Assembly: GCA_950097015.1 (NCBI GenBank)
Contig: CATNEN010000001.1
Span: 8,990,001 to 9,054,000 of the forward strand
DNA: 64,000 bases
Reading direction: 5' to 3'
From: Macrostomum hystrix
Taxonomy: Eukaryota; Animalia; Platyhelminthes
The translations under genes and the position numbers were made by a program. Position 1 is the stretch's first letter, and the number at the start of each line of letters is the position of its first letter. Below, in pieces: positions 1 through 12,483 of this stretch. Under the pieces are notes generated by a model. That model worked only from the letters and a program-made list of their open reading frames with translations. It made no database searches and had not been told where the DNA came from.

Positions 1-1033
1 CAAAATGCGTTTGTCACACTACAATGCTAATGCAATATTACAACGTAGCAAAATGTACTCACATTCAATATGATTGTAGCCATAATGTCATATGTCGTGT
101 CTTGTCGTGTTTATGTTTAACCAGAAAATTGCATGATCCATCCTTCAAGCTTTATAGCAAGTTTATCTGCAAATTTAAAGAAGCAGATGGCAACTGCGTA
201 CGAAGATAACCCCTCACTCCACCTTCATGCTGTCCAATAACGAGCTGCTAACACAAATCGAAACCTCCCACTTCGTCATTTCAGACGCATTTCGTCGATT
301 CGCTGATTGATCAGCGATTGATTCTGATTGATCAGAATATTAGAAATAGTGAGCCAGTGTGATAAAGACCTGGTAAAATAAAGTTGATAAATAAATAGTC
401 ATTATAAGGAAATTTCATAGCAAAGTTATATACCTGTACCAGACCAAATAACTCTAGTGTACACTGGGATCAATTGTTATTGCTTTGCAGGAGCTAACCA
501 ACAATTTTGGGTTGGGTATCTAGCAAACACTTTACAACAAATGATTAGCCAAGCCTTACCAGTTCTCAGATGCCAGCCTGAAGATAGCAAGCAAAGCCAC
601 CATTCCAGCTTGTGTGATAAGGACCAGTTAAGATGTACTAAGCCTCACTGCAGTTTGCTAAGTTTTTACCATCCTTTTAACTGCTTTCACTTTCTTAAAT
701 CCTTAATTCCTTTCAGGCTCTTCAATTATTTGTAGCCACATTTTACTTTTCTTTCAAGCTTTCAGCTGAATTGCCTCTGACATCATCCATGAGCAATGAG
801 CTGCAGCTCAGGAGCATATTGAGCTAAAAGCTAGGCTTCTCTTGCTATTGACACCAAGCTATACACTTTTACCATCCTTTTTACTACCTTAACTCCATTG
901 GAACATTTTAAACACCTTTTAAAAACACTTATTTTACTCATATTCACTTCGACTTTTGCAATACCTTTACTTTTACTTATTTACTTTTCAATTTTCAGAG
1001 AATTCGGAGAATTTCGCAGCAGTTATGGATAAT

Positions 1034-1079
<46 letters not shown>

Positions 1080-1087
1080 CGCAGCCG
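1034..1087 (+). repeat. (CAG)n microsatellite
   Basis: Direct CAG run; homologous to the expanded CAG/PKSE repeat at 28043-28238. Confidence 0.95.
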
Positions 1088-1908
1088 AACAATAGCCCTT
1101 GAAAGCTGCTGCCCACCACAGTGGACCAGGGGAAGGTCCAGTGGTGGAAGGAGAAGGGAGGGGCCGGGGCGGCCACCACTTTCACGCCGCCGAGGCCCCG
1201 GTGCCCTCCCTCACCGGGCAAGAAATAAAAATGTTTGTCTAAGCTACCTATATGTGATACCTTTATTCCTTAATTCTTAATCCTTAATCGTTAATTCTTT
1301 AAATAAGCGCTATAGTAGTAAAATTATACCCGTTTGCAGGTGTAAGTTTTCATTGACTCTGGTAAAACAATATTTTCTTTTAGCCATTATAGCACCATTT
1401 ATCAAAATGCGATTGTCACACTACAATGCTAATGCAATATTACAAGGTCGCAAAATGTACTCACATTCCATATGATTGTAGCCATAATGTCATATGTCGT
1501 GTCTTGTCGTGTTCGTGTTTAACCAGAAAATTGCATGAGCTAGTCATTCTCCAAGCTTTATAGCAAGTTTATCTGCAAATTTAAAGAAGCAGATGGCAAC
1601 TGCGTACGAAGATAACCCCTCACTCCACCTTCATGCTGTCCAATAACGAGCTGCTAACACAAATCGAAATCTCCCACTTCGTCATTTCAGATCACGCAAC
1701 TGATTAGATCATGCATTTGAATTCAAAGACACTTTGAATATTTTGGAATACATCTTTGCTTGTTGTCTTCCTTTATTTCACCCATATTTATTTATTAGCC
1801 TGATGCACAGCCTAAATGTTTAGCTTCTTAGCTTTAGCTTAGCATGATTACCAACATATTTATCGAGCACTCCTTGCTTCGTGTTCCTGCACTTGCTCAC
1901 TTGCTTTG

Positions 1909-2490
1909 TGTTATGTAGTGAACGAAGGGAACAACGGATTTGTTGGCAGATTCCAAATTGAGCAGTTATCCTTTTTGTGATAGCTTTGTGTCCGTATATT
2001 TATAGGTAGCTGATATGTTAAATCGAAAGTTCTAGAAAACACGGACTATAGAAGGTTCTAGAATATTCTGGCTATTCTGGCTACAGAAGGTTCTAGAAAC
2101 TACTAGCTTCCTCACTGCACTACTCATAGTGGCAGTATGCGTAAATTAGCATTCAGTCAGTCAATACACAACATCTTCCCCCTCTCCGCAAAATCAGTCA
2201 GTCAGAAGCCATAACGCTGCACAGGTCGCCTCGGCCGACCGGATCGTCGTACCGGCGGGGTCGCTAGTCCCTGTGCTGGATCCGGTGCAGGCAAGGGATC
2301 TCCGCCTCCATCGTCCGGAACCGTGTGCTGTCCTTGAAAGTCGATGAGCGGGTCGAGCTCGTCAGGCACCGGTGTCTCGGGGCTCAGGCGCATCGATGTT
2401 GGTACGAGTGCCTGCTGATTCCAGGTGCTGCCGTCGGTCAGTCGGCAAGCAGCGCCCATCGTTTTGACGATCCGAAGCGGCGCCGAGAGC
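1909..2490 (-). mobile_element. 3' end of a Gypsy-like LTR retrotransposon: integrase C-terminal tail, PPT and 265-bp 3' LTR (1909-2173)
   Basis: TGTT...AACA termini; minus-strand PPT GGAGAGGGGGAAGA at 2174-2187; ORF 2202..2459(-) ends PPVRRSGRPRRPVQRYGF, a typical Gypsy IN tail; homology with the sister CACTA copy breaks exactly at 1908. Confidence 0.8.
1996..2098 (-). promoter_or_regulatory. LTR promoter: TATA box plus three heat-shock elements
   Basis: TATAAATA on the minus strand at ~1998-2005; nGAAnnTTCnnGAAn arrays at 2025-2037, 2051-2068 and 2086-2098, all upstream in element orientation. Confidence 0.7.
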
Positions 2491-2657
2491 CGAGATATGC
2501 TTCGAATTTAATTTACCCTGCTCCCCCACCCACCACCGCGGGGCGCCGGTGGGCCACCACCGAGGCGTTTGGCCAAACCGTACGCCCCCCCACCGGTGAC
2601 TGGTGGGGCGCGCATAGTGGGGCGTACAGAGGGGCGTATAGTAAATGTCCCACCGGG

Positions 2658-2916
2658 GGGTGGCCGGCCGAGATTCAACGCGGATTCGCCAATGAAGAAA
2701 GGGCCACCAGACGGGAGATGGTCCACGAGGCGGCGGCCACGAGGCGGCGGCCACGAGGCGGCGGCCAGAGGTGTTGGTCGGTGGACCGGCACCGGCACCA
2801 TACCTACTGTTAGCCCGTTTCGGACAAGCGGTGGTAGAATTAGTGGAGAGTTGGTGGCTACCGGAGGCTTTAATGAGAATGGCTCAGAACCCATGAACTT
2901 TGAACCCCCTTTTTAG
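2658..2916 (+). pseudogene. C-terminal part of the conserved small ORF upstream of AlkB-LINE copy 1, truncated by the CACTA insertion
   Basis: GWPAEIQRGFANEERATRREMVHEAAA aligns with GWPAAAQRAFMEEQRATRQDMLHEAAA in ORF 14546..14935. Confidence 0.6.
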
Positions 2917-3139
2917 CGCCACTGCAGGAATGTTTTTACCATGGTTACCCAGGATGCGCCATTGTTGACCAAATGGTCTCTTTTATTCAGCTCACGGACT
3001 ATTTGACTATTATTATTCGCTGACTGATGTTTAACAAGTTGCCTTGTTCTTGTTGTTTAGTGGTATCCTATTTGTTCTTGTAGTTTGTGTTCTTTTTTCG
3101 TTAAAAAGTAAATAAAAAGGACATACCTGTTTTGGATTT

Positions 3140-3541
3140 ACGTGCGGCTGACGGCCAGCCGGTGTTGACCGTCATCCTTTAGCTGGAGGAGAGTGATCTG
3201 CTGTAGACTACTGAGCAGCCTCCAGGCAATCTGTGAGTCAGGCTGTCCTAGGTCTGTGGGAGGGCTGGTGTGTAGGTAGTTTGTGGTTCCCGTGCACATT
3301 CACCTCCGCTCGCCACCCCCTCCTCTTTCTCTCTCTCGTTCCAGCTCTGTCTGCGCACTGAGTCACATTGCAAGCCATGGTGCAATCGCTTCGGTTCGGA
3401 AGAAGACTGGCAGAATATCGCTCAAATGCTCCTACTATAAGTAGAGCACAGTCTGACGAATACGCTGGGTTGTGTTAGCTTTATGGTTGCACAACTTCTC
3501 TACTTTGATGGCACTGTGTGGACTGAAATTTCTTCGTGCGT
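3140..3541 (+). other. Conserved non-coding module upstream of the AlkB-LINE ORF1
   Basis: Homologous to 15232-15518; parts recur at ~14065-14185 and ~11714-11790. Confidence 0.7.
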
Positions 3542-4497
3542 GCCGGATCCTTCCGAATTAGAGGACCTTACAGTCCAGTGAGCGGAAAAATCCAGATAGA
3601 ACCGTATCCAAGCCAGAGTAACACATTTCTGGTACGGTTTTAGGGGCCGCTCAGTTAGCACTCTTACCTCTCTAAGGGGTAACCCTCTATAGTCGACCTA
3701 GGTTAGGCTAGTTCTCTCCTCTCCTTGCCTCCTCTCTAAGAGGAAGCGCCTTATTTCCCTCTCCCCCTGCCTCCTCTCTAAGAGGAGGGCCTTCTCCCTT
3801 TCCCCCTTCCTGCTCCTCCTCCTCTCCCCTTCCTCTCCTCCTCCCCCTGCTACCCTCTCAAAGAGGCTAGCCCCTGTCCCTCTCCTCTGCCCCTGTCCTC
3901 TGCTCCCTGCTACCCTCTTTAGAGGTTAGCCCCTGTTCCTGTCCCTGCCCCTGCTCCCGTCCTCTCGCTTCTCTCTTGCTTCTTTTCTTATTTGTGCATT
4001 ATTTATATTACTTTTAGTTTTATTACAGTTTTAATTGCTGTTTTACTTCACTTTTACTTCATTTATACTGTTTTACTCAATTCAATTTACAGTTTTACAA
4101 TTTATTTGCTCTACTTTTACTGAATTTAATTTGCATTGCTTTATACTACTTTAATCATCATATTTGCATTTACACTACTTTTATTGAATTGAATTAATTT
4201 GCTTTATACTACTTTTATCATCATATTGCATTATATTACTTTTATTGAATTTAAATTGCATTGTTATTTGAATTTAACTGCATTTATACTACTTTTACGT
4301 CAATTGAATTTAATTCGCTTTTATACTACTTATACATTTAATTGCTTACTTTACATTTTACTTTACAGGTTTAATTTACAGGTTTTACTATTATTTACTT
4401 TACTTACTACTTTCATTACTTATCTCACCCTCGTCCCCAGGATTCGGTACCACTTTAAATTTAGCTTAGTTTTTTATTAAATTAGTAAATAGCAACA

Positions 4498-6740
4498 ATG
4501 TCGACTAAACCTAAGCAACCAAAAGACCCAAAGACGACCAAGCCACAGCAGCCACCACCGACTCAGACCAAGCGCAACCTCCGACAATCTACCGACGCAG
4601 TCGCCCAAGCCGCAGCAACCGACAAGAAGCAACGACGCCAATCCGCAGCTCCAACACAAGCCAGCAGCAACACCACTGAGGACACTGAGATGCTTTCTCC
4701 CCCCGCATCCAGTACATCCTCTCCCAACAACACCATCGTCCAAGTCCAAGCCCAAACCCAAGTCCAAGCCCAAGTCCCAGCCCAAATCCAAGCCCAAGCC
4801 CAAGTCCAATTCCAAGCCCAAGCCCAAGCCGACAAGCCGAGCCCAATCAGCAGTCCGAGCGACTCCAATGCTGGTTCAACAACGGCGAGTGCACGCAACT
4901 CCAAAGGTAGTAACTCTTCTTCTTGCACTTCCACATCGTCCAAAAGCCTTGACTTGCTTGCCATCAACAGTCTTGGGTGCTACACCAAATTTCTTATCCT
5001 TGACACCTGTCCAGTCGACTTTTATCCGAACGCCTTCACCAATCTTGCCGATGACCTCCTAAAAACGATCCAGGATGAAATTCTTCTTCTTGCGATCACG
5101 CACCGCTCTCAAGGTCGTCCGGAACTGAGACAAATTGTCTTGTACGGACCTTCTTACTCTTACTCCGGAGAAACCATCCAGGCAAACAACAACTGGCATC
5201 CGATCATCCGCAATCTTGCTCAACTCCTGTCGTCTCGACTTGACTTACCGGCCTTCAATTCTTGTCTTGTCAACGTCTACCGAACCGGCAACGACTTCGT
5301 AGGTTTCCACTCCGACAACGAGCCCGAACTTGGGCGAAATCCAGTCATCGCTTCTCGTTCTCTTGGCGCCACGCGACAATTCTGATTCCGAGCCATCTCC
5401 AACCGAGCAACTCTTCATTCCGAACCTCTTTATCACGGTAGTCGAATCGTCATGCGAGGAGACCCAGTCACTCTGCCAGCACTCCATCATCCAGGACGCC
5501 CGTGTCAAAGGCATGCGAATCAATCTTACCTTCCGAGTCACTTCTCCAGCCATTCAGGACATCAATGACTTTAACCAAGCTCCATCCAAGCCGTCCAATC
5601 CTCTTGACTCTTCCGTCTATGAAGTCGTCGAGGTATGTGACAAAACCATCGTCGAAGAAGACTCTTCTCCTTCTACTTCGCAACGAAAAGGTAATTCTTC
5701 TGTCCATAACAGCCAATTTCCGGATCAGCCTCCTTCAACTTCTACTTCTCAGCCGAAAGGTAACTCCAAGGTCGCTCCTGTACTCTTCCTCATTCCGAAA
5801 TCGACTCTTGACGAGCTTAGGTTCGAGAGGTTTCTTAAGGACAACTTCCCGACCGTTCGCATCAAGTCCGTCCAACGATGCTTCTACTCTTCTGGCTTCA
5901 AGGTCTTTGCTCTTGACTTCCAAGGTTACCAGCATCTTTCTTCCGACGATCTTAAGCATCCAACCATCGATGGCATCGAGGTAGAACGCCGCCTTCCCAT
6001 TCGACGTGAGGACGCCCAGGTCAACTCCAGACGTCTTCCGACCAACATCACGACTCCAAAAGCCTTGTCTTTCATCATCCGTCAGGTATCTCTTGCAACG
6101 GATCTTAAGGACCTTCTCTTGAGAATCCAGACGGTCGAGCCCAACATCTCAGGCATTTTCCGGATCATCTCCTCCTCTTCCAATGAGCCAACTCAATTTG
6201 TCCGAGCCTTCACGACAGACTTAGGTACGCAAGCCCGATGCATTTCCAAAGGCATCCACATCGGGTTCTTCCACTTCCGATGCGAGGCCAGCAGGTCACC
6301 TCCTCCACTAATGGCAACTCAGTGTGGTCATTGGCAGGCATTCGGCCACCATTCCAAGCAATGTGATCGTCGACCTGACGTCCGAGTGCGACAGCGTTAG
6401 TATCCCAGATTTATACATCCGATGCGCCAACTGCAAAGGTCCACACCAGTCAACTGATAAGGCATGTCCGGCACGACGAGCAGCCAACAATCGAGTCCAG
6501 GCATGGGCATCCAAAAATCTTCCTCCTCAGGTCCAACGTCTTCCTCCTCCGATGAGCTACGCCGCAGCTCTAGCTCCTCCTCCACAACAACGCCAAGCTA
6601 TTCCTCCTCTCATGCAAATTCCAACACTGCCGAACAACGACTCCAGCGAGGACTTTCCTTCTCTTCCAAACTCTTTGGTACCAAGGCAACCTTCGGTAAA
6701 CCAGGTTTCTTGCCTTCTCCAAAACGAAGCACTCACACTT
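4498..6740 (+). pseudogene. Non-LTR retrotransposon ORF1 with an N-terminal AlkB (ALKBH2/3-like 2OG-Fe(II) dioxygenase) domain and C-terminal gag-like zinc knuckles; copy 1, disrupted
   Basis: AlkB motifs FNSCLVNVYRTGNDFVGFHSDNEPELG, HGSRIVMRG, QHS and RINLTFR; knuckles QCGHWQAFGHHSKQC and CANCKGPHQSTDKAC; TGA at 5383-5385, frameshifts near 5460 and 6380. Confidence 0.88.
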
Positions 6741-6774
6741 AGACTCACATGGACTGGTAGAAAAGCTTCCTCAT

Positions 6775-7045
6775 CCAAAGGCTGGACAATTCCCGGCTAC
6801 AAATATTGCGGGCCTTTGAATTCGCTTGAAATACAGCTAGATAAAAACAATAATCCAAATCCTGGGCATGAGCCTGTGAACGAGCTAGACTCTGTCTGCA
6901 TGTGGCATGATATCAAGTATAGGGATTTTCCAGAGAAGAATCGCTGGGACAAAGAAATGCTCAGAATGCTAGACAATATGGGGACTTCAAGCGGGTGGAG
7001 GGAATCGATCGCTCGGAAGCTAGTTAAAGCTGTTATTTTTGGTGA
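6775..7045 (+). pseudogene. Parvoviral-type phospholipase A2 fragment (Polinton/adintovirus PLA2-like)
   Basis: GWTIPGYKYCGPLN (Ca-binding loop) and EPVNELDSVCMWHDIKY (catalytic HD); near-identical inverted copy at ~52712-52980. Confidence 0.8.
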
Positions 7046-7476
7046 CTCATTTTACCCCCTCTTATATCAAAAAACTGCTTCGATTCTTCAAATTTGCAAC
7101 CAACTACCCGCTGCTGCTCTACACTGGGTACTCGTTCGAGACTGATGCATCATAAGAAGCATATCGAAGATGAAATGGATCGAGACGAGAACTTCCGGTG
7201 CAAGCTGGCCATAAAGCCAACAGTAATCTACGAGTATGAAACGGAGGCGGCGCTGTGTGAGAAGATGGAAGAAGATCTGTTCAACGATAATGTGTGATTT
7301 GCATAGCTAACCTAAATTAGAACCTTCCTAACATTTTTTTCTGGCTGCCGCTCGTACCATTTTTCGCTAATTGCTTCTTTTCCGGTTTTTTTATTTCTGT
7401 ATTTCTGTATTTCTGTATTTTTAATATCAACTCAAACACACTAGACTTTCCTATCGAGTGAATATTCATTCGATAG

Positions 7477-9790
7477 TGAAATCGGTGGGCCTTTTACAAG
7501 CGCTGACCTGCACTCATGAGAGAAGATTCTTAAGGCGGGCGACAGAGTCCACTTAGATGACCGCTTAGCTACACGCGAGATTTCGCGGAAAGAGAGATGA
7601 GATGAAGGGAGGTTCAGCGGATGCAGGGAGTGGTCCTATCGGCCTCAGACTGGCCAGTCCCACTCGTCCCATAGGCCACAGGCGTGACAGCCGTGCCTAC
7701 CCCAAGCAGTGCTCGAAACCGGCTAAAAGTCTAAGAAGAGAGTCGGACTATCCGTAATCAGACAGGACAGGGCTAGAGAGCCTACTGCCGTCAGTAGCGT
7801 GTAAGTAACTGACTCCTAACCTTGGTAGCGGTGGTCGAAACGGCCCAGGCTCTTGTCACAGAAATGCGGAAAGGCTATTGGCAAAGCGGAAAATGATCTC
7901 AGGTAGCGCCACCACCCAATGCGCCTACGTTGCCACCGCAGACATTTGGGAACTTGGGTCCCCGGAGTACACAGCTCCTAGTTTATCACGCAGATCTAGA
8001 CAAGCCGAAAAAATAGGGCATTCTGCAACTTCCGTTTTAGACTGAGGTGAGAACCCCAGAATGGATCGAGACACGCCTCAAAAGGGGATTCCTGAATTCG
8101 CGCTACAGGGGTCTAGAAAGGTGGTACTCAGAACTCGAATGAAAATCCATAGCCGGAATCCTACTCGTGAAACATCAGGCACATTCTTTACATTAGACTG
8201 CAGCCTACACATTGGGTAACTAACAAATCCGAATCTGTGTGAGATGAGGAAATCAGAGGCAGGAGAGATTAGACAGAACACTGGCTGAGTGGTTACGCAA
8301 GCGCAAGATCATTAGATCATCACTCTCGCTCCCGTGGCGGCAGTCGCGAAAGGGGAATAGGGGAAAACTCCATTGGAAAGGGAGTTCGAACGTACACCTT
8401 GAACCCGCCGGAGAGGTAGAAGGAAAGCCCGCCAAGGATTCCCCCGACCTCCTAGGAAGAAATGCACGTCCTACACTCCGCATTTTGCTCGCAAATCCCT
8501 AGCTCCTTATTACTCTTATGCGCGCTTACAGTTGCCTTCCTGCCGCAGCCTTCGGCTCGGCATCACCAGAACCCGCCCCCCTAGGCGATTAGCCACTCAT
8601 GACCGAGGGCTGTCTAACGATAAAATAACGGTAAAAAGGAGGCATAGTAAAAGAAATTAAGTTGTTGTAAAATTAAGCCCAATAAGTTAAAAGTGCTTTA
8701 GATTAGATAGTTTATTAGGCTAGACAATTCCCTAACTCCCCTCCCACTAAATGCCGCCTAACTAAAGGTAAATTGTCCCTTAGGATTAACAATAATAAAC
8801 CGCTGCGCGGATTACTTAGCTGAACCTCGCTTGGCCGCGTGCTGCAGTCCCGTTGTTCTCGGGGAGAAAGGATGGGCAAAACAGTAAGGCAGAGAAAGGA
8901 AACTTCTGCGAGTTGGCAGGGGCCAACGCACTGGGAGCTCAGAGGCTCAATTTAGAGCTCACCTAAGGAGGTGGCTTGCGCTTAAGGGAATGGAATCAGG
9001 CAATTGGCCTGTACTATCTGCTCGGAGCTCAAGGCTCAAGGGTCTAAGCCCTACGTGGGTCCGGAATAGTGCTCTGGGTCCGGTGGGAGTCCGGCCCGGC
9101 AAAGGGATAGGTCCGGGGAAAGGTAAGGTAGGTCTCCCGGAACGGCCAGGTTGTCCTAGGGGCAGCGCAGCGCGCTTTCTTAAATAGTCCTGCAGCACGC
9201 CAACCCCGACATCCATCAAAGCAACCCACATTCGCGCCAGCCTGTCAACGGGGAATCGAAGCGGCGATGGCCGCCCCGATTACCCAATGAACCGACGGCG
9301 GGAAACGACAGATGTTCTGCTCGAACAGCCGTCGGCAGTCGGCCAATGATTGTTACTCCGCCAGGACAATGGGAAGCGCAGGCGCCGACCTGCCTACAGT
9401 GACATTTACATGTATCTAAAAGAGGGAGGTCATAAAGTCGAGCTGGGCTCGAATACTGTAAAGAAGTGGGAACATGAAGAATTAATGATCACTCATAATG
9501 CCCGAGTGATTCCCAATATCTGATCGCGGTTTGGAGGAGAATTATGACCTAAACTACTCATACAATAAAAGCTATGGCCGCGATCAGTCATTCCTACAGG
9601 GGTCTAGACAGATCCAGGGAGAAGGGATTCGACGGCTACTTAATTCACCGCCGCCCCAAACCCGGCCCTAAGATTAATGATCGTGTTTGCGGCCAGCTGC
9701 TATGTGGGTCGCAATTATTAGGTGCTTAAAAATTTGAAAAATTATGCTGGCTCACATTCCCACTCGATTCCCGCAGCACACTCCACATCA
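7477..9790 (+). mobile_element. ~2.3-kb solo LTR (family X), copy 1
   Basis: TGAAAT...ACATCA termini; 4-bp TSD ATAG (7473-7476 and 9791-9794); no long ORF; TATA-like TTAAATAG ~9180 and AATAAA ~9564; orientation inferred from these motifs. Confidence 0.82.
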
Positions 9791-10008
9791 ATAGGACAAA
9801 ATACACTACGAAAACACACTAGACTTTTCTATCGAGTGAATATTCATTCGATAGGACAAAATACACTACAAAAACACACTAGAGTTTCCTATCGAGTGAA
9901 TATTCATTCGATAGGACAAAATACACTACGAAAACACACTAGACTTTCCTATCGAGTGAATATTCATTCGATAGGACAAAATACACTACGAAAACACACT
10001 TCCTATCG
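9791..10008 (+). repeat. 60-bp tandem repeat (~3.6 copies), interrupted by solo LTR copy 1
   Basis: Unit ATAGGACAAAATACACTACGAAAACACACTAGACTTTCCTATCGAGTGAATATTCATTCG; a partial unit lies at 7434-7476. Confidence 0.9.
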
Positions 10009-10119
10009 AATCTCCATAGTTACTCGCTTGCTAAAGCGTTTGTGTGTCTGTTTTATCTAACGCGTTAGATTTTTTCTGCATATTTGAGTATAGTCTAAAA
10101 CGCTCGAAAAAATAATTAT

Positions 10120-10422
10120 GCAGGCGGTCTGTTCTTAGCACCCAATATCGCAGACATTGTAAAGGGTTTGAATATTCTAATCAGAAGTAATCTCAGTCTT
10201 GATTGGGTATTTAAAGGAAAGCGAACGAATATTTTGTACAACATCTCAAACTCTGTTGCTGGAGGATAGATGCTGGTAGAGAAACCAAATTCAGTGAAAA
10301 GAGTTGTGCTAAGTAATAAGGAGATTCACGAGATTGTGCTGCAGTTTGAGACGGAAGATGGTTTTGGTGTTGATTTCAACGGTGAAGAGTTTGTATTGAC
10401 GTTGATCATTCAGAGAATGTAA
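10120..10422 (+). pseudogene. Polinton/Maverick-like minor capsid (penton) C-terminal fragment
   Basis: Manual translation: NILIRSNLSLDWVFKGKRTNILYNISNSVAGG*MLVEKP...IHEIVLQFETEDGFGVDFNGEEFVLTLIIQRM*; resembles the penton C-terminal D-x-G-x-x-VDFNGE-x-x-LTL motif; one internal stop. Confidence 0.6.
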
Positions 10423-10766
10423 GCTGCTTAATGATTTCTGCAAAGTTATAGTAGCTGTCATAGTCCTTTATAATTACTCCATACTTATGAAACCAGTGAC
10501 TTTTAACTGCTAGATTAATATTAGGGACATTGATATCGACGTTGGGCCAATATTTTCTCATGTACTCGGTGCATTCTAGTTTGCATCGGTATTTACTCTT
10601 GTAATTAGGATTGGGAGCATTTTTAATGAGAATATAATTTTTTTCGGAGGATGAGCACCCTAGGTTTGGGATCTTGAGTTTGGGGATTGGGAATCTGGGT
10701 GTTAGTTTGATTGTCTTGGCACGCTTTTTGCAGGTTCACTATTTTTTCCTGATCTATTCGGGAGTA

Positions 10767-11369
10767 CGAGGGGCGATCAAAAAGTTCTGCAACCAACTGT
10801 TCTATAGCCACTTCTGCTGCACCAAATAAAGTGAATTCCGTGACCGAGGCATCAGTGGCCCGCGCGGACACAATTGTGCCCGAGGATTGCGGTGTGACAC
10901 TGAGATTCCTTGCCTACGAGTTCGGTGTCAACTATGGAAGCGCCCACACCATCATGCATGAGCAGCTGGGCCGCTCCAAGACCTACGCCCGCTGGGTGCC
11001 GCACCTGCTCACAGTGGCACAGTGCGCTGAGCGCGTTCGAATCTGCCGCCTGTGGCTGGAGCTGTTCGAACCAAATGGTCCAAGAAGGCTGCCTGACGTC
11101 GTGACAGGAGACGAATGTTGGATTTCCTTCTTCACGATGAAGGACAAGCAGTCCAACATGGTCTTTTCTCGCATTCAGGACCAAATCAGAACTCGAGAGA
11201 CTACCAACATCAGAGTACCTCAGCTGCTTCCAGGCCTGGCGGATGCGAATGCAACGGTGCACTGAAGCTGAGGGGAAGTACTTTGAGGGAATGCAACACT
11301 GAATGTGTGCTCCAGTTTTCTCAGGACTTTGTAATAACGCAGCTTGCAAAACTTTTTTATCGCCCCTCG
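10767..11369 (+). mobile_element. Internally deleted mariner element
   Basis: TIRs CGAGGGGCGATCAAAAAGTT...AACTTTTTTATCGCCCCTCG with TA on both sides; transposase motifs ARWVPHLLT and VTGDECWI. Confidence 0.9.
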
Positions 11370-12147
11370 TATTAAGGTGGCTGCGATAATTTTCTTGTCC
11401 AAGTTCATAAACTGGAAAGTCGAGAATATGGAGACGGATTTTTATTGGCGGGGACTCTTTTTCCTTCGGGAAGAATAAAGGTAATGGTTTGTGCATTATG
11501 GAGGCTGCGATAATTTTTGTCCTAGATATGCAACTCACAAACTGATGTGGAATATTAAAAGTAGAGAATTTAGAATATAGAGACGGAGTTTTCACGAGAG
11601 AGGCGGGGACCCCTTTTTCCTGATCTCTTCTGGAAGAATAAAGGTAATGGTTTGTACATTATGGAGGCTGCGATAATTTTTGTCCTAGAAGCCCCCTCTT
11701 GCATACTACTAACACCGGATGGTGTTAGCATTATGGCAGCACACATTCTCTACTTTGATGGCACTGTTAGGACTGTTTTTCTTCATGCGTTTTCGTTTTC
11801 GTTTGCCTTTTGCGCTTGCGTTAGCATCAGAGTTAGAAACTGCATTTGAAGCATAGCTTCTAACTTCTTCCTTTTATTGTGTCCAAGTCACCAAGACTAA
11901 GGTACGCTATTTCACTAAGTTGAAAACTCTTCCACACTTAGAGGATCCCCGTGTTCCAAAGTAAGGCCCCGTAACGAGAAGACTACCCAATCTTTAGCCT
12001 GACTACCAGGTTGTTTCCACTGCAAGGAAGCACCAGTGTTGAGGCCGGTGAAATACTCTGAGTCTGGCGTTCCTGTCTTGGTTATTTTCACCAATTGTGT
12101 GTGCCACGCTACCGCAGGTACAACAATACTATTTATACTAAACGATC

Positions 12148-12483
12148 ATGCCTTCACAAGGAGAGGTCCTCCTTCTCTACAAAGAAGCAACAAAGAAAGT
12201 AGAGCACTTTTACGACGAAATCGCTGTTTGGCGTGACACTCTGTTGAAGACGATAGATATCAACGATTTAAGGAAGATACCTAGCAACTACAAGTTTACA
12301 AAGGAACGGGACCTTTTCGATCTTCTAGACAATTGGAACGCTGCAAGAAGCCAGGAAGCCGCGGCTGCTGCAACAAAGCAAATAGGGCTCAAAGCCAGTC
12401 GAAAAAGAAAATTGGAGGAGAAGAAGAGCGAAATATTTTCTAACGTTGTTACCCGAACACAATCGCAAGAGTTGTCTTCTTGA
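12148..12483 (+). CDS. Unknown short ORF downstream of a third copy of the conserved 5' module
   Basis: 111-aa helical, basic ORF; 11714-11790 matches the module found upstream of both AlkB ORF1s. Confidence 0.3.
   Translation: MPSQGEVLLLYKEATKKVEHFYDEIAVWRDTLLKTIDINDLRKIPSNYKFTKERDLFDLLDNWNAARSQEAAAAATKQIGLKASRKRKLEEKKSEIFSNVVTRTQSQELSS

Larger units (their letters stand above)
1..2657. mobile_element. Right-hand part of a second copy of the EnSpm/CACTA-type element, internally deleted
   Basis: About 348-1908 is homologous to 27340-28592 plus 33661-34130. About 2495-2657 matches the subterminal region 45910-46087 and ends in the same TGTCCCACCGGG terminus at 2657. 1-~285 duplicates 1403-1690. 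Confidence 0.8.

Noticed and set aside
3454-3530. Hammerhead ribozyme (CTGACGA...GAAA)
   Set aside because: The homologous copy at ~15432 reads CTGACAA and lacks the GAAA; the required stems could not be built
7477-9790. Short ORFs within family-X LTRs as genes
   Set aside because: Frames are not preserved among the four copies because of many indels
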